64,000 nt of DNA from positions 1,728,001 to 1,792,000 of the forward strand of contig OY762721.1 of assembly GCA_963666345.1 (NCBI GenBank). Direction: 5' to 3'. Origin of the DNA: Desulfatiglandales bacterium (GTDB taxonomy: Bacteria > Desulfobacterota > DSM-4660 > Desulfatiglandales > Desulfatiglandaceae). The notes beneath the pieces were generated by a model. It worked only from the letters and a program-made list of their open reading frames with translations. It was not told where the DNA came from and searched no databases. Shown one piece after another: positions 58,573 to 64,000 of the stretch. The translations under genes were made by a program, and so were the position numbers. The first letter of the stretch is position 1. Each line of letters opens with the position of its first letter.

Positions 58573-59487
58573 GTGGAAGATCTTGTAATAATAGGAGCAG
58601 GGCCTGCAGGTCTCACCGCAGGCCTTTATGCTGCCCGTGCGCGTCTTAAGACCGTCGTTCTTGAAAAGCTCTCACCCGGCGGACAGATATTAATGACCGA
58701 CTGGGTGGAAAATTATCCAGGTTTCCCTGACGGTCTCTCCGGATTTGAGCTGGTCGACAGGATGAAAAGACAGGCTGAAAAATTCGGCCTCAAAATCGAG
58801 AGCCATGAGGTAAAAGGACTTGAGCTTTCACCGGAAAAAAAGATTATAACCCATGACGGGGGCGTGCTGGAGACCAGGACCGTTATTATCGCATGCGGAG
58901 CAAATCCGCAGAAACTCGGCATAGAAGGGGAAAACCTGCTTACCGGAAGAGGCGTGTCCTACTGCGCTACCTGTGACGGCCCCTTTTACAGAGATCAGGA
59001 GGTCGCCGTTGTCGGCGGAGGAGATACGGCCGTTGAAGAGGCGCTTTTTCTCACCAAGTTCGCCTCCAAGGTCTTTCTGATCCACAGGAGGGATGAACTC
59101 AGGGCCACCAAGCTGCTTCAGGAAAGGGCAATGGCCGAGGAAAAGCTTGAAATCATATGGGACAGCATCCCTAAAAAGATAGTCGGGCAGAAAGAGGTGG
59201 AGGGGATTGATCTTTCCAACGTAAAGACGGGGCAAGGTTCTTTTCTGCCTGCCCAGGGTGTTTTTATCTTCATAGGCTACAGGGCGAACAGTAATTTTCT
59301 GGACGGAATCGTTCAACTGGATGAACATGGTTTTGTTGTTACCCGGGGAGATATGCAGACTTCGGTACCGGGAGTTTTCGCCGCGGGAGACATAAGATCC
59401 AAACTTCTCCGCCAGGTCTCCACCGCTGTAGGGGAAGGGGCGACAGCCGCCTTTGCCGCTGAAAAATACATAGACAACCATAAATAG
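58573..59487 (+). CDS. trxB: Thioredoxin reductase
   Basis: GAGPAG, ENYPGF, CATCDG, GGGDTA, FAAGD; GTG start after GAGGAG. Confidence 0.96.
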   Translation: MEDLVIIGAGPAGLTAGLYAARARLKTVVLEKLSPGGQILMTDWVENYPGFPDGLSGFELVDRMKRQAEKFGLKIESHEVKGLELSPEKKIITHDGGVLETRTVIIACGANPQKLGIEGENLLTGRGVSYCATCDGPFYRDQEVAVVGGGDTAVEEALFLTKFASKVFLIHRRDELRATKLLQERAMAEEKLEIIWDSIPKKIVGQKEVEGIDLSNVKTGQGSFLPAQGVFIFIGYRANSNFLDGIVQLDEHGFVVTRGDMQTSVPGVFAAGDIRSKLLRQVSTAVGEGATAAFAAEKYIDNHK

Positions 59488-59495
59488 GTATTTTC

Positions 59496-60236
59496 ATGAA
59501 CAGGGACCGTAAATTCAGATGGCTTATTTTGGCAGTAGCCGCGATATTGCTTCTCAACGGATGTGCCATGCTCGACGGGTTAATGGGAAAAGATACTGAA
59601 CTCTCGCCTGACGAGCTGATGTACGAGGGCGTCAAAAATATGGAGCGGGGCAGATATACCGCCGCAACCGAGGCCTTCCAGACCATTAAGGACCGCTACC
59701 CTTACAGCAAGTACGCTCTTGAGGCGGAACTCAGGCTGGCTGACATGCTTTTTAAAAGGGAGCTTTACGACGAGGCGTTTAATGGCTACGACGATTTTGA
59801 GAAGCTGCACCCGAGAAATGCGGAAATACCATATGTAATCTACCAGAAAGGCATGTGTCATCTTGAACAGGTGTCCACCATCGACCGGGACCAGTCACAC
59901 ACGCTCAAGGCAAAGGAAGAGTTTAACAGGCTGCTGGAAAGATTTCCAAAGAGTCCCCACGCCAACAGAGGTCGCAAGAAGCTCAGGGAATGCTACATGC
60001 ATCTGGCCGAGTATGAGCTTTACGTGGGTCACTTCTACTACAAGAGTAAAAAATATCAGGCTGCCATAAACAGGTATCTGCATCTCATAGAAAACTATCC
60101 CGACCTGGGCCAGTACCATGAAGCCATGATATATCTCAACAAATGCAGGGAAAAGATCTCCGATTCCGAGCCCCGGGGCAGGCCTGAAAAGCCTGAGAGC
60201 TGGTGGAAGAGATTAACTCCCTCCTTTCTCCACTAG
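59496..60236 (+). CDS. bamD: Outer-membrane protein assembly factor BamD
   Basis: Lipobox LNGC; YPYSKYA, F..LHP, DRDQ, LAEYELYVGHFY. Confidence 0.92.
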   Translation: MNRDRKFRWLILAVAAILLLNGCAMLDGLMGKDTELSPDELMYEGVKNMERGRYTAATEAFQTIKDRYPYSKYALEAELRLADMLFKRELYDEAFNGYDDFEKLHPRNAEIPYVIYQKGMCHLEQVSTIDRDQSHTLKAKEEFNRLLERFPKSPHANRGRKKLRECYMHLAEYELYVGHFYYKSKKYQAAINRYLHLIENYPDLGQYHEAMIYLNKCREKISDSEPRGRPEKPESWWKRLTPSFLH

Positions 60237-62858
60237 ATCGTAAAACGCCTCAAAGGCCTCTCCCAGCTTATCAGGAAGATTTCCCCCGCCCTGGGCCATA
60301 TCGGGTCTGCCGCCCCCCTTTCCGCCCACAATGGGAGATATCTGTTTGATTATATCACCGGCCCTGAAACGACCCACAAGATCCTTGGTGACAACGCAAT
60401 TCAGCATAACGGTACCTTCCTTGCCGGCTCCAAGAAGGATGACGCCTGATTTAACCTTGTCCCTGATTCTATCCCCCGACTCCCTTAACTCCTTTGGCGA
60501 GGCGACATCAATTTCCCGGGCCAGGGCATTTACATCTCCTATTTGTCTTACTTGGGAGAGAAAATCATCCGATTTTTTTGTCATGAGTTTTGCCTTGAGG
60601 GATTCGACTTCCCTTTCCCTTTCCTTCTGCTCCCTCAGGATATGATCTATCCGTTCCTCGAGTCTTTCAGGCAAAGTCTTCAGGACGGAACAGGCGCGTT
60701 TCAGGACCATTTCCTGCTGCTGATCGTGAATAAGGGCGCCCTGCCCGGTAACGGCCTCTATCCTGCGGACATTCGCGGCGACAGCGCCTTCGGATATGAT
60801 CCTGAAAAGACCTATATCTCCGGTGCGGGCCGTATGGGTCCCGCCGCACAATTCCATGCTCATGCCCTCACCCACGTTTACCACCCTGACCTGTTCGCCG
60901 TAACGTTCCTCAAAGATTGCCATGGCACCTGTCTTCATCGCCTCTTCCTTTGACATGGCCTCCACGCTCACTGCGAGGTTTTCCCTGATATAACTGTTGA
61001 CAAGGGCCTCAATCTCAAGCAGTTTTTCCTGACCGACCTGGGTGAAATGGCTGAAATCGAAACGGAATCTTTGTGAGGTGACAAGTGAACCGGCCTGCTT
61101 CACATGATCACCGAGCAGATGTCTCAGTGCGGCATGAAGCAGATGCGTGGCAGAATGATTACAGGCGGTGTCTCTTCTGGTCTTTTCATCGACCATCGCC
61201 CTTACGCCCTCACCCCGCCTGATTGATCCCCTTTCCACACGGCCTTTATGTATTATGAGTTTCTGGGCCACCTTCAGGGTGTCTTCAACAACAAATCTAA
61301 GGTCTTCCCCTTCAATTATGCCGACATCCCCCACCTGGCCGCCCGCCCTTCCGTAAAACGGCGTACGGTCAAGAAGCACCTCCGCCTCGGTGCCCGCCTC
61401 GACACTGTCCGCCTCCTTTCCTCCAACAAGAAGACCTACAACCCGGGACTCCGCCTCAAGTGAGGCATATCCCTCGAAGATCGATTTGACTCCCCGTCCG
61501 AGAAGCTTCCTGTAGGTTTCAGGGATCTCCTCCTCACCGCTGCCCTTCCACGATTCCTGAGACATGGCCCGCTGCCTGGCCATCGCCTTTTCATACCCGT
61601 CCATGTCAACGGTGAGACCTTCATCTCTGGCCACATCCTCCACCATGTCGAGGGACAGGCCGAAGGTGTCGTAAAGCTTGAAGGCCACATCCCCTGAAAT
61701 TACGGTGCCGCCCTTTTTTCTTAACTCGGCAAGCTCCTCTTCAAATACCCTCATGCTGTAATTTAGCGTGTCTGAAAATCGCCTTTCTTCATTTTCAACA
61801 ACGCCCTCGATAAATTTCCTGGACCTCTCAAGTTCCGGATAATCATCTCCCATGAGATCAATCACCCTGCCGCATATCATAAAGAAAAAGGAGTCTTTCA
61901 GGTTGAAAATACGGCCGTATCGGATGGCCCTTCTGATAATCCTCCTTAACACATAACCCCTGCCCTCGTTTGAAGGCATAATGCCGTCACCTATCAGAAA
62001 GGCGGCGGCCCTGGCGTGGTCCGCAATAACCTTGAAGGCTACCCCGTTTTTTCCGTCACTCTTATAGGGCATCCCTGAAAGATCCTCTATCCTTGATATC
62101 AGGCGCCGCAGGATGTCTGTTTCATAGTTCGACGGGGCCCCCTGAACAACCGCGGCAAGTCTCTCAAGCCCCATTCCGGTATCGATATTTTTCTGAGGAA
62201 GCGGACTGAGCGTGCCGTCCGCCGCCCTGTCAAACTGGGTGAATACCAGATTGTATATTTCCAGATATCGGTCGCAGTCGCATCCCACCCCGCAATCGGC
62301 CCTGCCGCACGAAAAAGCCGGTCCCTGATCGATATAGATCTCCGAGCATGGGCCGCAGGGACCGGTATCCCCCATAGACCAGAAATTATCCTTTTCACCC
62401 AGGCGCACTATCCTTTCAGAGGGGACACCCACCTGTTCCCTCCAGATATCAAATGCCTCTTCATCATCCCTGTAGATCGAGACATAAAGTTTGTCCGGAT
62501 CGAGTCCGTATACATCAGTCAGAAGTTCCCATGCCCAGGAGATCGCTTCTTCCTTGAAATAATCACCAAAGGAAAAATTGCCCAGCATTTCAAAAAAGGT
62601 ATGATGACGGCCCGTATAACCCACGTTTTCAAGATCGTTGTGTTTTCCCCCGGCCCTGACGCATTTCTGGGAGGTCACGGCCCTGGTATAGCCCCGTTTC
62701 TCCTCTCCGAGAAAAAGCCTCTTAAACTGAACCATGCCCGCGTTGGTAAACAACAGCGTGGGATCATCCATGGGGATCAAAGAGGCGCTTTCCACGATCT
62801 CATGGCCCTTTTTTCTGTAAAACTGCAAAAATCTTTCCCTTATCTCTCTTGTCTCCAT
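60213..62858 (-). CDS. alaS: Alanyl-tRNA synthetase
   Basis: DPTLLFTNAGM, HHTFFEMLGNFSFGDYFK, DTGMGLER, HSATHLLH, ELCGGTH, GGGRPDMAQGG. Confidence 0.98.
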   Translation of the reverse strand: METREIRERFLQFYRKKGHEIVESASLIPMDDPTLLFTNAGMVQFKRLFLGEEKRGYTRAVTSQKCVRAGGKHNDLENVGYTGRHHTFFEMLGNFSFGDYFKEEAISWAWELLTDVYGLDPDKLYVSIYRDDEEAFDIWREQVGVPSERIVRLGEKDNFWSMGDTGPCGPCSEIYIDQGPAFSCGRADCGVGCDCDRYLEIYNLVFTQFDRAADGTLSPLPQKNIDTGMGLERLAAVVQGAPSNYETDILRRLISRIEDLSGMPYKSDGKNGVAFKVIADHARAAAFLIGDGIMPSNEGRGYVLRRIIRRAIRYGRIFNLKDSFFFMICGRVIDLMGDDYPELERSRKFIEGVVENEERRFSDTLNYSMRVFEEELAELRKKGGTVISGDVAFKLYDTFGLSLDMVEDVARDEGLTVDMDGYEKAMARQRAMSQESWKGSGEEEIPETYRKLLGRGVKSIFEGYASLEAESRVVGLLVGGKEADSVEAGTEAEVLLDRTPFYGRAGGQVGDVGIIEGEDLRFVVEDTLKVAQKLIIHKGRVERGSIRRGEGVRAMVDEKTRRDTACNHSATHLLHAALRHLLGDHVKQAGSLVTSQRFRFDFSHFTQVGQEKLLEIEALVNSYIRENLAVSVEAMSKEEAMKTGAMAIFEERYGEQVRVVNVGEGMSMELCGGTHTARTGDIGLFRIISEGAVAANVRRIEAVTGQGALIHDQQQEMVLKRACSVLKTLPERLEERIDHILREQKEREREVESLKAKLMTKKSDDFLSQVRQIGDVNALAREIDVASPKELRESGDRIRDKVKSGVILLGAGKEGTVMLNCVVTKDLVGRFRAGDIIKQISPIVGGKGGGRPDMAQGGGNLPDKLGEAFEAFYDLVEKGGS

Positions 62859-62936
62859 TTAAATATCCTGCTCATGTCTTGTTAAATTTCGGCAAAAATT
62901 ATCCCCGATGACCGCGCCCGTCTATGCTTCAGACAC

Positions 62937-63959
62937 TTATTCGGCCGGTTTTGAGGGGTCTGTTTTTTCTTTATTCCCGGCAAGGCCGGCCTTTTCTTTT
63001 ATAAGACCTGCAATCCTGTCTCTGATATCAACGTTTTCCATTAGAAAATTCTTCACGTTTTCCCTGCCCTGTCCGATCCTTTCCTTTCCGAAAGAATACC
63101 ATGCCCCGCTCTTTTCAACTATCCCGAGTGATACCCCCAGGTCCAGGATATCTCCCTCTTTGGAGATTCCATGGCCGTACATTATATCAAATTCAGCCTC
63201 TCTGAAGGGGGGCGAAATCTTGTTTTTAACCACCTTGACCCTGGTCCTGTTTCCCGCCATCCGGTCACCATCCTTGATGGCCCCTATTCTTCTTATGTCC
63301 AGGCGCTGGCTCGCGTAGAACTTGAGTGCGTTACCTCCGGTAGTGGTTTCCGGATTCCCGAACATTACCCCTATTTTCATTCTTATCTGATTAATAAAGA
63401 TGACGCAGGTCTTCGATTTGCTTATTGTGGCGGTCAGTTTCCTGAGTGCCTGGGACATCAGCCTGGCCTGAAGGCCTACATGATGATCGCCCATCTCTCC
63501 TTCTATCTCGGCCCTCGGTACCAGGGCGGCCACGGAATCGATTATAAGGGCGTCAATAGCGCCGCTTCTCACAAGTATCTCGGTGATATCGAGAGCCTGT
63601 TCTCCGGTGTCGGGCTGGGACACAAGGAGGCTGTCCACATCAACCCCCAGTTTTCTCGCATATCCTATGTCCAGGGCGTGTTCCGCGTCGATAAAGGCCA
63701 CCATGCCGCCCGCCTTCTGAGCTTCAGACGCGATATGAAGTGCCAGGGTGGTTTTTCCGGAAGATTCAGGGCCGTATATCTCAACTACCCTTCCCCTTGG
63801 AACCCCCCCGACCCCCAGGGCGATATCAAGTGAAAGGGATCCGGTGGAAATGGAGGGAACGTCTATTGCCGACCCGTCACCCATTTTCATTATGGAACCA
63901 CGGCCGAACTGTTTTTCAATTTGAGAAATGGCCTGTTCAACTGCTTTATCTCTATCCAT
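62937..63959 (-). CDS. recA: Recombinase A
   Basis: [43 protein letters not shown]. Confidence 0.98.
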   Translation of the reverse strand: MDRDKAVEQAISQIEKQFGRGSIMKMGDGSAIDVPSISTGSLSLDIALGVGGVPRGRVVEIYGPESSGKTTLALHIASEAQKAGGMVAFIDAEHALDIGYARKLGVDVDSLLVSQPDTGEQALDITEILVRSGAIDALIIDSVAALVPRAEIEGEMGDHHVGLQARLMSQALRKLTATISKSKTCVIFINQIRMKIGVMFGNPETTTGGNALKFYASQRLDIRRIGAIKDGDRMAGNRTRVKVVKNKISPPFREAEFDIMYGHGISKEGDILDLGVSLGIVEKSGAWYSFGKERIGQGRENVKNFLMENVDIRDRIAGLIKEKAGLAGNKEKTDPSKPAE

Positions 63960-64000
63960 AGGTCCTACCTCCAATGGGACGGCACCCGGATAAAATCGGT

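Noticed and set aside
1164..63961. Numerous antisense and alternate-frame ORFs in the track (e.g. 9972-10874, 13722-14639, 23716-24489)
   Set aside because: Shadows of well-supported genes on the opposite strand or frame, with no motifs of their own

Overview
Bacterial chromosomal window. Gene content and repeat style suggest a strictly anaerobic Desulfobacterota (deltaproteobacterial) genome; this is an inference. The left 29 kb is one minus-strand catabolic cluster: CoA-transferase III, EtfB, ferredoxin-fused EtfA, acyl-CoA dehydrogenase, GntR regulator, split B12 mutase, TRAP transporter, PaaK-type CoA ligase, three-subunit Mo-hydroxylase, hydantoinase A/B, HAD/ECH fusion, HMGS-like/DUF35 fusion, thiolase, an OYE-family flavo-Fe/S enzyme, a hypothetical protein, two ferredoxins, a VOC epimerase and a truncated HdrA-like gene. 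This enzyme set matches the anaerobic indole-3-acetate (auxin, iaa) pathway of denitrifying Aromatoleum/Azoarcus. Active-site changes in the mutase and dehydrogenase are consistent with that, and the cluster has extra redox modules and a shared operator at two promoters. Nearby is an amino-acid dehydrogenase + Trp/Tyr-type ABC transporter + aminotransferase module that could feed the pathway. The 32.8-51 kb region is accessory: at least four families of short non-autonomous elements (target-site duplications visible for two, one carrying decayed four-helix-bundle gene relics), a 318-bp tandem duplication, a duplicated promoter/leader element, four palindromic operator-like sites and a small-protein/Zn-finger cluster. 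The right end is housekeeping (panB, cspA, tilS, mtnA, ilvE, trxA, trxB, bamD, alaS, recA). No rRNA, tRNA or CRISPR array was seen.
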